The notes beneath the pieces are model-generated. The model ran no database searches and was not told the origin of the DNA. It worked only from the letters and a program-made list of their open reading frames with translations. From a virus (Duplodnaviria > Caudoviricetes): a DNA stretch of 52,144 nt. Numbering within the stretch: position 1 is the first letter of the stretch; each line of letters begins with the position of its first letter. A program made the position numbers and the translations under genes. Shown here one piece after another: positions 1-9,834 of the stretch. The stretch is taken from positions 1 to 52,144 of the IMG/VR virus record IMGVR_UViG_3300043435_000349; one strand, written 5' to 3'.

Positions 1-1
1 C

Positions 2-670
2 ATTGCAGATAAGAAGCCAGACGTTATTGTACATATCGGCGATCACTTTGATATGCACTCTTTGTCAAGCTACGACAAGGGAACAAAAGGTTTTGAGGGT
101 CGGCGTGTCAAGGCTGATTTGGAAGCTGGTCACGAAGGGATGCGGCTGCTTGTTGATTGCTGGAAAGACATTGAGGGTTATTCACCACGAATGATCTTCT
201 GTGTTGGCAACCACGATGAAAGGCTAGATCGTTTGGTAAAATACCAACCAGAGCTTGACGGTATCTTTGGTGTCAAAGAGCTTAACCTTGAACAATATGG
301 TTGGGAAGTGATTGACTACCTAAAGCCTGTAGAGGTTGAAGGAATTTTCTTCTGCCATTTCCTTGCCAACCCGATGAGTGGTAAGCCTTATGCTGGTAGT
401 GCAATGAACATCCTCAAAACGGTTGGTAGGAGTTTTGTTGTAGGTCATCGTCAGGTTTTGGATGTTGCAATTCGACCAACCGTAGATGGCAAGCAGCAGA
501 TTGGGATTGTGAATGGTGCGGCATATAACCACTTCGAGGATTACAAAGGTTATGTTGGCAACAACCACTTTCGTGGTCTGACAATGCTACATGAGGTGAG
601 TGATGGTTTTGGTTTGCCCATGTTTGTTAGCATGAGCTATCTTGGTAAGAAATATGGAGTGTTGAAATGA
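2..670 (+). CDS. Calcineurin-like metallophosphoesterase (5'-truncated by window edge)
   Basis: Frame is open from base 2 (IADKKPDVIVHIGDHFDM). Motifs GDxxD, GNHD, HF and GH are present. Confidence 0.85.
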   Translation: MADKKPDVIVHIGDHFDMHSLSSYDKGTKGFEGRRVKADLEAGHEGMRLLVDCWKDIEGYSPRMIFCVGNHDERLDRLVKYQPELDGIFGVKELNLEQYGWEVIDYLKPVEVEGIFFCHFLANPMSGKPYAGSAMNILKTVGRSFVVGHRQVLDVAIRPTVDGKQQIGIVNGAAYNHFEDYKGYVGNNHFRGLTMLHEVSDGFGLPMFVSMSYLGKKYGVLK

Positions 671-1158
671 CAATCGATGTTAGTAAGTTGAAGAAGGGTG
701 ATCGGTATCGGACAAAAGAGGAGGGTTGGTTGGCTGTCGATCATGTGGAAGATAGCCCAACACTTACAGGTTGTTTTCGGGTTTTTGACAGTAATATGGA
801 GTGGATAGATTACTCTCGCAGTGGTGTTTCTGCCGGACATAGCGTATTCAATATTCTCGAAGTGGATACTGCCACACCAACATCAGCCCCAATCAAGTCC
901 GATGGTGGCTCTAGTTCCTACTACACCTTCCCACAAGAGTTATTCGACAAGATTGTTGAGCGTGGTCATGTGGAAACAGAGGACATTATCAAATATGGCT
1001 TTGGTAATGACTTCGACTTCGGCAACATCCTCAAAAGCTTGAAGCGTCTGTACGAGCTACAACGTGGTGGCGGTAAGGAAGGCAACACAGAGCAATACGA
1101 AGTGAATAAGATTATTTATTCATTAAATAAAATCAACGGCAACAAGGTTACAAAATAG
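667..1158 (+). CDS. Hypothetical phage protein (C-terminal SDGGSSSYY, DUF3310-like domain)
   Basis: 163-aa ORF with ATGA overlap to the upstream gene. IKSDGGSSSYY...FGNILK motif is common in phage proteins. Confidence 0.6.
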   Translation: MTIDVSKLKKGDRYRTKEEGWLAVDHVEDSPTLTGCFRVFDSNMEWIDYSRSGVSAGHSVFNILEVDTATPTSAPIKSDGGSSSYYTFPQELFDKIVERGHVETEDIIKYGFGNDFDFGNILKSLKRLYELQRGGGKEGNTEQYEVNKIIYSLNKINGNKVTK

Positions 1159-1209
1159 CCAATCAGACAAACAATGGTATCACAATTGTGGCAGAATGGC
1201 ATTTTTAGA

Positions 1210-1237
1210 TTGACATCTAGTGTCATTCTGTTACACT
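1210..1237 (+). promoter_or_regulatory. Sigma70-type promoter
   Basis: TTGACA-N16-TACACT with extended -10 TG, upstream of the GAGG RBS of the 1264 gene. Confidence 0.6.
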
Positions 1238-1263
1238 AACTGCCAGACAGAGAGGAATCATTC

Positions 1264-1917
1264 ATGCAAGACACTCAACAAGACACCATGCCACAATCCG
1301 AATCAGGATACACACTGGAAGATTTCCAGAATGATGTGCTGTTCTTCAATACGGCATGTGGTTGGAAAGCCCCGATAACACCAGAAGAATATGTCCAACA
1401 GCTTCGTAAGCAAGCCAAGATTGTTCAAGAAGAATCGGATGAGCTTCTTCGGGCAATGATCACACAAGACCATGTTGAGACATTGGATGGTTTCATTGAT
1501 GTGATGTACACATTTGAGCATTTCAATACGATCCTCAAGAGTGGTGCTGAACAAGGCTTTGACTCTGCATTTCCATATGAGATTGGGGTGTGGATGGAGA
1601 GCTTGAGCTATGTTGACAAAGCAGAGCTTATGTTCTATCCGTCTGTAATTATTGCTGCTGCTGAACGTGTTGCCGTGAACAACAACAGCAAATTTAGCAA
1701 CTCAAAAGAGCAAGCAGAGCGATGGAAACTGGCAATACCTGAGCATACCCTGTCAGAGGTCGATGTGTATGGAATTACATATTATTGCTTGCGTGATGCG
1801 AACGGTAAGGTGAAGAAGCATTGTGATTATGTTCCTGTTGATCTTTCAGACTTGGCTCTGGAAAACCTGAAAATGATTGCTGCTGAAATTGCTGAGGTGA
1901 ATGATGGACTCCAATAA
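1264..1917 (+). CDS. MazG/PRA-PH-like NTP pyrophosphohydrolase
   Basis: EESDEL...ETLDGFIDVMY acidic metal motif plus NNSK and GKVKK motifs typical of the phage family. Confidence 0.7.
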   Translation: MQDTQQDTMPQSESGYTLEDFQNDVLFFNTACGWKAPITPEEYVQQLRKQAKIVQEESDELLRAMITQDHVETLDGFIDVMYTFEHFNTILKSGAEQGFDSAFPYEIGVWMESLSYVDKAELMFYPSVIIAAAERVAVNNNSKFSNSKEQAERWKLAIPEHTLSEVDVYGITYYCLRDANGKVKKHCDYVPVDLSDLALENLKMIAAEIAEVNDGLQ

Positions 1918-2140
1918 AATCTCAGTGGGCGATTTTAATGTAGATTCCTTGAAGGAAGATGTAGTAATTGTTTTGAAGTATGGTAATACCAATACGGTAA
2001 GTTGGGGCAGCTTAAAAGATATCCAACGGTATGCCTTTGGTATGGAGATGCCAATTGAGGATGTCTTAAAGGAGCGTTTTGCTGAGTTGCTCAGTGTATT
2101 GGCAGAGGATTGTGTGGGGATTTTTGATGATCACAGTTGA
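1901..2140 (+). CDS. Hypothetical protein
   Basis: 79-aa ORF with GAGG RBS, overlapping both neighbours. Confidence 0.55.
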   Translation: MMDSNKISVGDFNVDSLKEDVVIVLKYGNTNTVSWGSLKDIQRYAFGMEMPIEDVLKERFAELLSVLAEDCVGIFDDHS

Positions 2141-3026
2141 GGGAAAATCTGGCATTAAAGCCACTGTTTTAGCGCACAGCGTTAATGCCCACACAAGCAA
2201 AGAGCTTCTAACATTTGAGCTTGAGTACCCAAGAATCATCTTGGCTGAGCTTAACACCCACTGTATGCTGCCAAAGAACAGCATGTCTAGTAGGGCTGTT
2301 CCAAGCAAGAAGATGGTTGAGCAGGTGAGGACAAATCCTGCAATGCCTGTGAGGTTTGGTAAGAATCAAGCAGGTATGTCTGACACGGGTGTTGAGCATG
2401 TGGGCAATGGTAGAGAGCTTTGGAAGATCGCATCAGAAACAATGGCTCGGGTTTCTGAGATGTTTGCTGATCTAGGTTATCACAAACAAATTGGAAACCG
2501 AATCATTGAGCCATTCCAGATGATGAAAACGGTTGTCAGTGGTACGGAGTGGAACAATTTCTTCCATTTACGACATGACAAAGATGCTGACCCAACCTTT
2601 GAAGAACTCGCTAGAGTGATGTTTGAAGCCAAGTCTGCAAGTACACCCCGCAAGCTGTTCTCAGGGCAATGGCATGTTCCGTATTTTAAAGACGGATATT
2701 GGGATGAAACCTGTGAAGAAAGTTTGGATGTTGCATTGGCTGTTTCATCCTCTTGTTCTGCACAAGTTAGTTATCGGATGCTTGATCCGTCGCTAACCAA
2801 AGCTGCTGATGTGTGGGAGAAGTTGACGAAGGGTGACAAGGTTCATGCCAGTCCGTTCCAACATCAGGCAACACCAATTGATTATGATGAGTTTGATCAA
2901 AGCTTCTCTTGTTGTTGGCCTGATGGTATTACACACATGTCCCGCGATGGTTGTTTGTGGTCGGCACAATTCAAAGAATGGATTATGCATCGTCAGTTGA
3001 TTGATGGTCATGTGGTGGAGGGGTAG
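2127..3026 (+). CDS. thyX: Flavin-dependent thymidylate synthase
   Basis: ELNTH...NSMSSRA, HKQIGNR, WNNFFHLR and HASPFQH motifs. ATG 2127 is preferred over the track start at 2079. Confidence 0.9.
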   Translation: MITVEGKSGIKATVLAHSVNAHTSKELLTFELEYPRIILAELNTHCMLPKNSMSSRAVPSKKMVEQVRTNPAMPVRFGKNQAGMSDTGVEHVGNGRELWKIASETMARVSEMFADLGYHKQIGNRIIEPFQMMKTVVSGTEWNNFFHLRHDKDADPTFEELARVMFEAKSASTPRKLFSGQWHVPYFKDGYWDETCEESLDVALAVSSSCSAQVSYRMLDPSLTKAADVWEKLTKGDKVHASPFQHQATPIDYDEFDQSFSCCWPDGITHMSRDGCLWSAQFKEWIMHRQLIDGHVVEG

Positions 3027-3027
3027 T

Positions 3028-3940
3028 ATGAATTACAAACCGGAAGATATGGTTGTGACCATTACACTACCAGACGGAACAAAGCATGTTGTTGCTGGTT
3101 GGGCTGACCCTTACCAAAACACAATGTGGCCTGAAAAACCTTACCGAACAGAGGTGTCCGGCACTTGGAATGTTGAGTTATACAAGGAAGAAGAAGATGA
3201 GCAAGAAGGTTGATATGCCAGTGTATGTGAGCTTTGCTGACTTGGAGTTGGTGAAGCCACTGGTTGATACGGAGGGCGTTGAATACGTTCTTCATCATGT
3301 GTTTGGGTTTGACAATGAACGTGTCCTACCCAATGACTATTTAGATGGTCAGTTGTTGAGTGAGGGCGGGAATTTCTTCCATGTTGCTCATCAACACCAT
3401 CGTAGTCGGCAAGGAAAGATTGTAGAAGGGGATAGGTATTGGGGTTGGGAGCGTTCAGACAATGAATGGCTCAAAAGCAACATCTGTTCTGATGAGATGA
3501 AGTTGTTGTCCAAAGGTGATCAGTCTTTGGTTGATGAGGTGATGGCATTGAGTAAACGTGCGGGATGGGTGGGATGATGAGTAAAAAGAAGGTTGTTGTG
3601 AAGGTTGATGTCAAGCTACTGGGGGAGCGGATGCAATCATACCTTGATCAAAACATCAGGGGTTTCGGGTTTGAAACATTGGATCAACAAGAAGGGGTGT
3701 ACTCCGATCTGTACCGCTGTCTCGAAAGTCACATCATGAGTTATGTGGACATTGAGGTGGTTGATGATTGACGTAAGCAAGCTCCGCATCAAGGTGCGTG
3801 ATACTGAGATGGAGGCTGAGTTTGTCAAATGGTTGACAGACAATGCTCGTAATTTTGAGAGTGAGCAAGATGCGGTTGATGAAATGAATTATTGGGTTAA
3901 TAATAATGTTGGGCGGTTTATGGAAGTGGTGGTAGAGTGA
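3028..3940 (+). other. Four small hypothetical CDSs (3028-3213, 3197-3577, 3574-3771, 3764-3940)
   Basis: Tightly overlapping ORFs with purine-rich RBS-like sequences between thyX and nrdB. Confidence 0.6.
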
Positions 3941-4941
3941 GTGCACGTAAGATTACAGACGACTACTTAGGATATGAATTTGCATATCCTGAAATTTTAG
4001 AGATTTCAGATAGGCAATTAAAGGACAACTTCTGGCACTCATCGGAATACGATGTGAGTTTGGATAAGCTGGAATTGCGGTATGATCTTGATGCTGGTGA
4101 ACAACACTTTGTCCTAAAAACACTCCCCCTGTTCCTTCGGTACGAAATGTTTGTTGGTTCGTTCTGGACAGATGTGTACCCAAAGCTGTTTAAAGCTCCA
4201 GAGTGTCAAGAGCTTGCTTCTGTTATCAATATGGTTGAGCGGGCAATTCATAGTCGATTCTATCGGCAAATGAGTGAAGCTCTTGAGTTGGACAATGATA
4301 CACACTTTCTTGACTTCTTGAATCACCCAGAACTCAAGAGTCGTACAGAGAAGTTGGGCAAGTGGTTGCATGGTGATGATCCTATCAACACCTGTCTTGC
4401 TTACAGTGCTGTTGAGGGTGTATTTTTGTTTGCCAATTTCTTGGGGCTTCGTAGCTTCCAGATGAATGGAAACAACAAGATTCCTGTGGTCGTGCGCGGC
4501 ACAATTCAATCCTCAATTGATGAGGATCTGCACTCTGTTGCACTGACAACCTCAATCAACATCATGTATCGAGAGCTTGGCACATCCCTGCTTGAGGATA
4601 CTGAGCGATATGCAGGTTTCTTGGAGTTGCTTGCTGATGGTTATGTGCATGAGTGCTTGATTATTGATAGCACTGTACCAGAGGGTGGCTTGAACGGAAT
4701 CACTCGTGATGAATACAAAGACTACGTTGCGCACCGGATCAATCTGCTACTTGCTCGATATGGTTGCGATAAGCTATTCCCAGAGGTAAGTAGTAGAATC
4801 GGCACTGAGTTTGAGGGTGGCATCAAAGGCTTTAAGATGGTTGATTTCTTCACTTCTGGAACTGGAAGTGAGTACCAAGACGACACAGGTGCTTTTGAGT
4901 TTGAACAAGCAATATTGAGAATGGAGAGTGTGGATGGTTAA
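3937..4941 (+). CDS. nrdB: Ribonucleotide reductase class I beta subunit
   Basis: FW-x3-E, ERAIHSRFY, VEGVFLF, DEDLH and DFF motifs; adjacent to nrdA. Confidence 0.92.
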   Translation: MSARKITDDYLGYEFAYPEILEISDRQLKDNFWHSSEYDVSLDKLELRYDLDAGEQHFVLKTLPLFLRYEMFVGSFWTDVYPKLFKAPECQELASVINMVERAIHSRFYRQMSEALELDNDTHFLDFLNHPELKSRTEKLGKWLHGDDPINTCLAYSAVEGVFLFANFLGLRSFQMNGNNKIPVVVRGTIQSSIDEDLHSVALTTSINIMYRELGTSLLEDTERYAGFLELLADGYVHECLIIDSTVPEGGLNGITRDEYKDYVAHRINLLLARYGCDKLFPEVSSRIGTEFEGGIKGFKMVDFFTSGTGSEYQDDTGAFEFEQAILRMESVDG

Positions 4942-6682
4942 TGCGGTAGAGAATGCCCTGTCTGTAGAGCGTAAAGCTCTACAAGCGGCAGGTGAAGTTC
5001 CTGAGTGGTACACAACAGGTGGTTGGCAGTTATTCAAAAACAAATACAGCTATCATGGTGAGTCGGTAAAGAGTCGGTTCAAAACTATTGCCGATAGCTT
5101 GGCTGCTGATGCACCGAATGTGTATCCTTCTTGGTGGAATGTTGACCAGTTCACTGTGGGAAAGACATGGGGTGATGTATTCTTTGAGGTGTTATGGAAT
5201 GGCTGGGTTGTCCCACCAACACCATTGTATAGTAATGGCGGATTACCTGAGCGTGGACATACGGTAAGTTGCTCTCAGACATACATGGGTAACAACCTGT
5301 TTGATCGCTACAACCTAATGACCGAGCTTGCTGTCCTCACAAAACATGCCGCTGGATGTAGTGTTGATTTGTCCGAATGGCCTTGTGAGGGTCAGGCTCT
5401 GCCGCGTGGTGGTCGATCAGAAGGTATCATGCCAATTGTTCGTGACATTCTCACAACAATGAATGAGGTGGCACAGACCAACCGTCGTGGCAGCACAGCG
5501 TATAGTGTGAATGCAAGACATGGCGATTACTACAAGGTTCTTGAGGAGCTTTATCACAATCCTGAAAGCAACAATGTTGGAATCATCCACGATGATCAAG
5601 AGATCAAAGACATCTGGATTAACAAAGAGCCTAGTGCGGTAAAGCGTTTCGCTAAACTTGCAGAGGTTAAAAAAGCTCGTGGTAAAGGCTATATAACCAA
5701 GATTGACCACATCAATCGAAAACTTGCTGAACCATTCAAAAGGCTGGGTATGACAGCAAAGGCATCCAACCTCTGCCAAGAGGTTATGTTGCCAGTGGAC
5801 GCTGACCACACCTACTCATGTGTTCTTTTGAACTACAACTTACACAAGATGGATGAGTGGCCTGAGCATTTAGTATTCATTGGTCAGGTGATGTCTGATT
5901 GCAACATTACACAGTACCTTCGAGCATTGGATAATGTCAGTGAAAATGACAAGAAGGTGTTGCAGAAGATCAAACGATTCACTGAGAAGTTTCGTGCGCT
6001 AGGTAGTGGTGTTATGGGGCTTGCGAGTTGGTTTCAGAAGAAGTCAATTGTGTGGGGTAGTTTGGATAGCTTCTATGAGAATGGTCGCATCTTCAAGCAT
6101 CTAAACAAGCAATCCCTTGAAGCATCCAAATGGCTTGCTGAGGTGTTGGGCGAGCCAGAGGGATGCAAAGGTTTTGGTATCCGCAATGCAACCCGCCTGT
6201 CACTACCACCTACGAAATCCACTGCTGAGCTTTGTTACGGTGTGAGTGAGGGGATCAACCCTGATGCTGCGCTTGTGTTCACCAAGATGTCCTCCGGTGG
6301 TGAGGTGTTCAGGATTGTACCTGAATTGCTCAAATTGATGAAAGAGCGGAATGTCTATAATGACGATGTTCTGCAATCAATCAATGAACACAAGGGTAGT
6401 GTGCAGCATGTTGACTGGCTAGATGAACATGAGAAGAAAGTTTTTAGAACGGCTTTTGAGATTGATCAACACGCAATTGTGAGGTTGGCAAGTCAGCGAC
6501 AGAAAGAGGTTGATCAAGGGCAGTCCTTAAACTTCTATTTTGCTGGTAATGCAACACCAGAATACCAGTTGTCTGTTTACCGCGAAGCAATGCTTGATGA
6601 TGAGATTTTAACAGTCTATTACAGCTACAGCACTCGTGGTGGCGACTTCAAACAACCTGAACCATGTGAGGTCTGCACCTAA
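4934..6682 (+). CDS. nrdA: Ribonucleotide reductase class I alpha subunit (no ATP cone)
   Basis: PTP-x2-SN, VSC, SNLCQE thiyl-radical motif, PTKS, DQGQSLN, YY pair and C-terminal CEVC. Confidence 0.95.
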   Translation: MVNAVENALSVERKALQAAGEVPEWYTTGGWQLFKNKYSYHGESVKSRFKTIADSLAADAPNVYPSWWNVDQFTVGKTWGDVFFEVLWNGWVVPPTPLYSNGGLPERGHTVSCSQTYMGNNLFDRYNLMTELAVLTKHAAGCSVDLSEWPCEGQALPRGGRSEGIMPIVRDILTTMNEVAQTNRRGSTAYSVNARHGDYYKVLEELYHNPESNNVGIIHDDQEIKDIWINKEPSAVKRFAKLAEVKKARGKGYITKIDHINRKLAEPFKRLGMTAKASNLCQEVMLPVDADHTYSCVLLNYNLHKMDEWPEHLVFIGQVMSDCNITQYLRALDNVSENDKKVLQKIKRFTEKFRALGSGVMGLASWFQKKSIVWGSLDSFYENGRIFKHLNKQSLEASKWLAEVLGEPEGCKGFGIRNATRLSLPPTKSTAELCYGVSEGINPDAALVFTKMSSGGEVFRIVPELLKLMKERNVYNDDVLQSINEHKGSVQHVDWLDEHEKKVFRTAFEIDQHAIVRLASQRQKEVDQGQSLNFYFAGNATPEYQLSVYREAMLDDEILTVYYSYSTRGGDFKQPEPCEVCT

Positions 6683-6713
6683 TCTGGTGTGGCGCAACCA
6701 AAGGAGCAACACA

Positions 6714-6938
6714 ATGGAAAACCAACACCGCAAGATCACAGGCTACCGTGAGCTTTCCCAAGAGGAAATCAACACAATGAATGCAATCAAAAGCCAAGGA
6801 CAAGCTCTTGATGCTCTTGTGACAATGATTTCTGGAATTGAGAATGTTGACGGACGATGGCTTGACATCGGAACAACACAGCTACAACAAGGCTTAATGG
6901 CTCTGACAAGGGCTGTTGCACAACCTACGACATTCTAA
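6714..6938 (+). CDS. acb2: Anti-CBASS protein Acb2-like cyclic-oligonucleotide sponge
   Basis: MENQHRKITGYRELSQEEI..MN.IK...RWL.IG.T.LQ.G.MA..RAVAQP..F matches the Acb2 pattern, with Y11 and K26 conserved. AAGGAG RBS. Confidence 0.88.
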   Translation: MENQHRKITGYRELSQEEINTMNAIKSQGQALDALVTMISGIENVDGRWLDIGTTQLQQGLMALTRAVAQPTTF

Positions 6939-6941
6939 ACT

Positions 6942-6970
6942 AAAGGCTGCCTTCGGGTGGCCTTTTTATT
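6942..6970 (+). terminator. Rho-independent terminator
   Basis: AAAGGCTGCC-TTCG-GGTGGCCTTT followed by a T-tract. Confidence 0.85.
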
Positions 6971-7005
6971 TGCCTAAAATAATGCAAAATTTATCAGAAG
7001 GTGTA

Positions 7006-7034
7006 TTGACACCAACCTCTATTTTCGTAATAAT
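7006..7034 (+). promoter_or_regulatory. Sigma70-type promoter
   Basis: TTGACA-N17-AATAAT upstream of an AGGAG RBS. Confidence 0.65.
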
Positions 7035-7061
7035 GACCTCAAACCAAACAGGAGATGTGCC

Positions 7062-7799
7062 ATGAGTTTTCAAGTAAACAAACCGGTGAATGCCACGGTG
7101 TTTAACCCGCTAGGCTTACCAAACTTTCGTCAGGGGGTTGAGGTTTCCGTGTGGCGTGGGGCTACATCTGTAAATAAATTACTTTGCAAAAGTAATGGTA
7201 TGACAGCAGAGATCCCAACATGGAAGATTCTGCCACAGATGTCTGGGTTGCGCTCAAGATACTTGGTTAGTAGTGATGTACCTGCACCATTAGCCTACAA
7301 TCATATTGTAGTTACTGACTGCCGACATGAGCAGTTTGGTAAGGTCGGGAAGATTGTAAACCGATTCTCGAAGGATAGTTTTGATGTGATCATGTTTGCG
7401 GATGAGTCGCGCTACACTTTCAAGACTGGTCAATACAGTACGATCCGTGACAGAGATCGACTATTTGATTACGATGTATTCAAGAATGAAAGGTCAGACA
7501 TTTATGTTGATCTGGATGCGGATACACCGAAAGAAGATTTGGGCGAGGTTGTTCAGGAAGACCTGATTGATGAGCAGCCTGTGAGGAAGCAAGTTGAGCT
7601 GGATGAGCCTGTTACATACAAGATTCAGTATGTAACATCTGATGGGGAGTCATTTAACACCATCTTTGAGGTTAATCAGTACATTGACGAGCAGAACAAA
7701 CAGCGACTGCGCCAAAAGAAAATGGTGTTACTCAAAGCCATGGCTCAAGAGGTGGGGCTTGAGTTTGAGGTGGATGGGTCATCAATCATCCTGAAATAA
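7062..7799 (+). CDS. Hypothetical protein (monocistronic; possible KOW/SH3-like segment)
   Basis: 245-aa ORF with its own promoter, RBS and terminator. Confidence 0.7.
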   Translation: MSFQVNKPVNATVFNPLGLPNFRQGVEVSVWRGATSVNKLLCKSNGMTAEIPTWKILPQMSGLRSRYLVSSDVPAPLAYNHIVVTDCRHEQFGKVGKIVNRFSKDSFDVIMFADESRYTFKTGQYSTIRDRDRLFDYDVFKNERSDIYVDLDADTPKEDLGEVVQEDLIDEQPVRKQVELDEPVTYKIQYVTSDGESFNTIFEVNQYIDEQNKQRLRQKKMVLLKAMAQEVGLEFEVDGSSIILK

Positions 7800-7804
7800 G
7801 ACAG

Positions 7805-7830
7805 AGCAGCCTTCGGGCTGCTTTTCTTTT
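7805..7830 (+). terminator. Rho-independent terminator
   Basis: AGCAGCC-TTCG-GGCTGCT followed by a T-tract. Confidence 0.85.
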
Positions 7831-7866
7831 ATGTGAAAATAAATATAAATAATCCTTGTTTCATTG

Positions 7867-7895
7867 TTGACAACCAATACAGCTTCCACTACTAT
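7867..7895 (+). promoter_or_regulatory. Sigma70-type promoter
   Basis: TTGACA-N17-TACTAT. Confidence 0.7.
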
Positions 7896-7932
7896 GAGAA
7901 ACACAACGAGGTGTTGTATTTGGAGAGGTGAA

Positions 7933-8262
7933 ATGACTGACCAAGCAAATAAAGCTGTGATGGAATCGGTGATTGAGTGGTGTGATAGTGTTCTCAGTGA
8001 CATTGAGAATGTTGAGTATCGCAATGCTGGCGTATGTAAACATGTTTGGCAGATCACAGAAGGTCTTGATGATCTACCATCATATTCTGCAATCCAGCGT
8101 ATCATCAGAGCTTGGCCTGAACGTGGGACATCTAGTGTGTTTCCTGTAGAAGGTGAGGAAGTGTACATGCCAAACAAAGACAAGTGGGTGGGTGAAATTG
8201 GAGCTAAGCGTTTACGCCTAGTAAAACATATTCGTGATGCGTTGTTGGGAGAAGTGGTATGA
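7933..8262 (+). CDS. Hypothetical protein, paralogue of 10280-10627
   Basis: Shares GxCK...W...P...DKWxGE...RLxLVxHIRD with the 10280 ORF. GAGG RBS. Confidence 0.7.
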   Translation: MTDQANKAVMESVIEWCDSVLSDIENVEYRNAGVCKHVWQITEGLDDLPSYSAIQRIIRAWPERGTSSVFPVEGEEVYMPNKDKWVGEIGAKRLRLVKHIRDALLGEVV

Positions 8263-8707
8263 AGATTGAGCGTGGTGTGATGGTGATGAAGGGCGGGAAG
8301 GCTTGGGGTAAAACTTGGGATGATGGGTATTCAACATCTTATGGTTGGGTGTGCGCAGAGGATGCCCCGATACACGACCCCACATCTTGCAAGAAACCGA
8401 CAGATGTCACATACAAGGGTAGCCACTACACAGCGGAGCTAAACACTGGTAAGTTGGTGATGGTTGAGCGTCGCACAGAGGTAGTTGTGTTGGAGAATCT
8501 TCAATGAACTTCGATGATCTGAAAATCGGAATGCTTGTATGGCAAGGACATAACCCATGTAAGGATTATGTTGTCCACAGTCTTGACAAATTAGATGAGA
8601 TGGTGGGGTTGCGTGAAGTGGGTTGGGATGGTAAGATAGTTGAACGAATTGGGCTGAAATGGGTTAGTCCAGATCGGCTAATGAAAGCAAATGTTTTGGA
8701 TGAATAG
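8259..8707 (+). other. Two small hypothetical CDSs (8259-8507, 8504-8707)
   Basis: ATGA-coupled ORFs with RBS. Confidence 0.6.
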
Positions 8708-8719
8708 GGGGAGAGCAGT

Positions 8720-9019
8720 ATGAAATCAATGTTGTTAGGTGTGTTGTTGGTGGTGTCAGCATGTGCAGATGCAAAATCATCCTCGTCTTCTAGTCGTAGC
8801 ACAAGTTACAAGAGCAGCAGCCATAAAAGCTCAAGCTCTACACGAACTTCTGTTCGACCAAAGACTAAGACACAGGTGGTGAGTGTTCGTCAGATAACAT
8901 CTCGTTGTTCTGGTATACAAGCCCCATTCGTTGAATATGATCGTAGTGATCGTGAGTGGGAATATGAGTGTCCAACAGGGCGTAAGATGAATCGTTTTGG
9001 TCGGTGTGAGTGCAAATGA
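8720..9019 (+). CDS. Putative exported lipoprotein, Ser-rich with Cys-rich C-terminus
   Basis: MK plus hydrophobic stretch plus VSAC lipobox-like site. GGAG RBS. Confidence 0.55.
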   Translation: MKSMLLGVLLVVSACADAKSSSSSSRSTSYKSSSHKSSSSTRTSVRPKTKTQVVSVRQITSRCSGIQAPFVEYDRSDREWEYECPTGRKMNRFGRCECK

Positions 9020-9231
9020 AATGATGCTTGATACGATTGTAACCGCGCCACTTGAGCGCAAGATCGCAACACTAGAATCTTGTGTTGTTGACCTTGAGGC
9101 TAAGCTGGAATACATGAAGGTTCTTGCTGCTGCCGATGGACAGCGTATTGCTGAACTTGAACAAGAGGTGAGTGGCTTGCGCTCAAAATGCAACGATTTT
9201 GATGGTGATGGTTTTCGGGAGTATGATTGAA

Positions 9232-9834
9232 ATGAAGAAGGTGTTTATTGAAATCACTAACGAGGTTAGTGTCGCTGACGCGGTACTCCACCTTGAGGGT
9301 CTTGGTTATGAACAAGTGTGGCCGAAAGATTTTACACCAGAAGGCATGGCTACTACTATCACAGGCGACAGCGAGGGAGAAATTGGCTGGTGTAAAGATC
9401 GTAGCTGGGCTTCTGATCATGGCTACGAACGTATTGAACTTCCGACAACCAAACACAAGCACTACGACCTGATTGTCAAGTGGGCTGCTGATCCAAGTCA
9501 GAAGGTTTGGTACTACAATGGTAGTGGATGGTTCTTGTCAGTGATCGAACCTGTGTGGAATCCTGATTACACTTATCACATCGGTGACACACCACCAAAG
9601 AAACAAATCAAGATTGGTGGTGTCTGGATTGATGAGCCTGTGCGAGAGCCTCTGTCTCAGCGACAAGAGTATTACACCACAATTATCACTTATGATAACT
9701 TGTTCATGAAATCTCGTTGGGATGGTGGAAATGTGGATCTTGTGCGACTAAAACGTGGCCTAGTCCACTTGACAAAAGAAGCAGCAATAGCTCATGCTAA
9801 AGCTCTTATTGCATTGACGGGAGAATGTGAATGA
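9232..9834 (+). CDS. Hypothetical phage protein
   Basis: C-terminal GLVHLTKEAAIAHAKAL motif is common in proteobacterial phage proteins. Confidence 0.65.
   Translation: MKKVFIEITNEVSVADAVLHLEGLGYEQVWPKDFTPEGMATTITGDSEGEIGWCKDRSWASDHGYERIELPTTKHKHYDLIVKWAADPSQKVWYYNGSGWFLSVIEPVWNPDYTYHIGDTPPKKQIKIGGVWIDEPVREPLSQRQEYYTTIITYDNLFMKSRWDGGNVDLVRLKRGLVHLTKEAAIAHAKALIALTGECE

Noticed and set aside
3937-6682. Introns or inteins in nrdA/nrdB (also checked terL)
   Set aside because: The ORFs are continuous, compact and lack intein or intron signatures.
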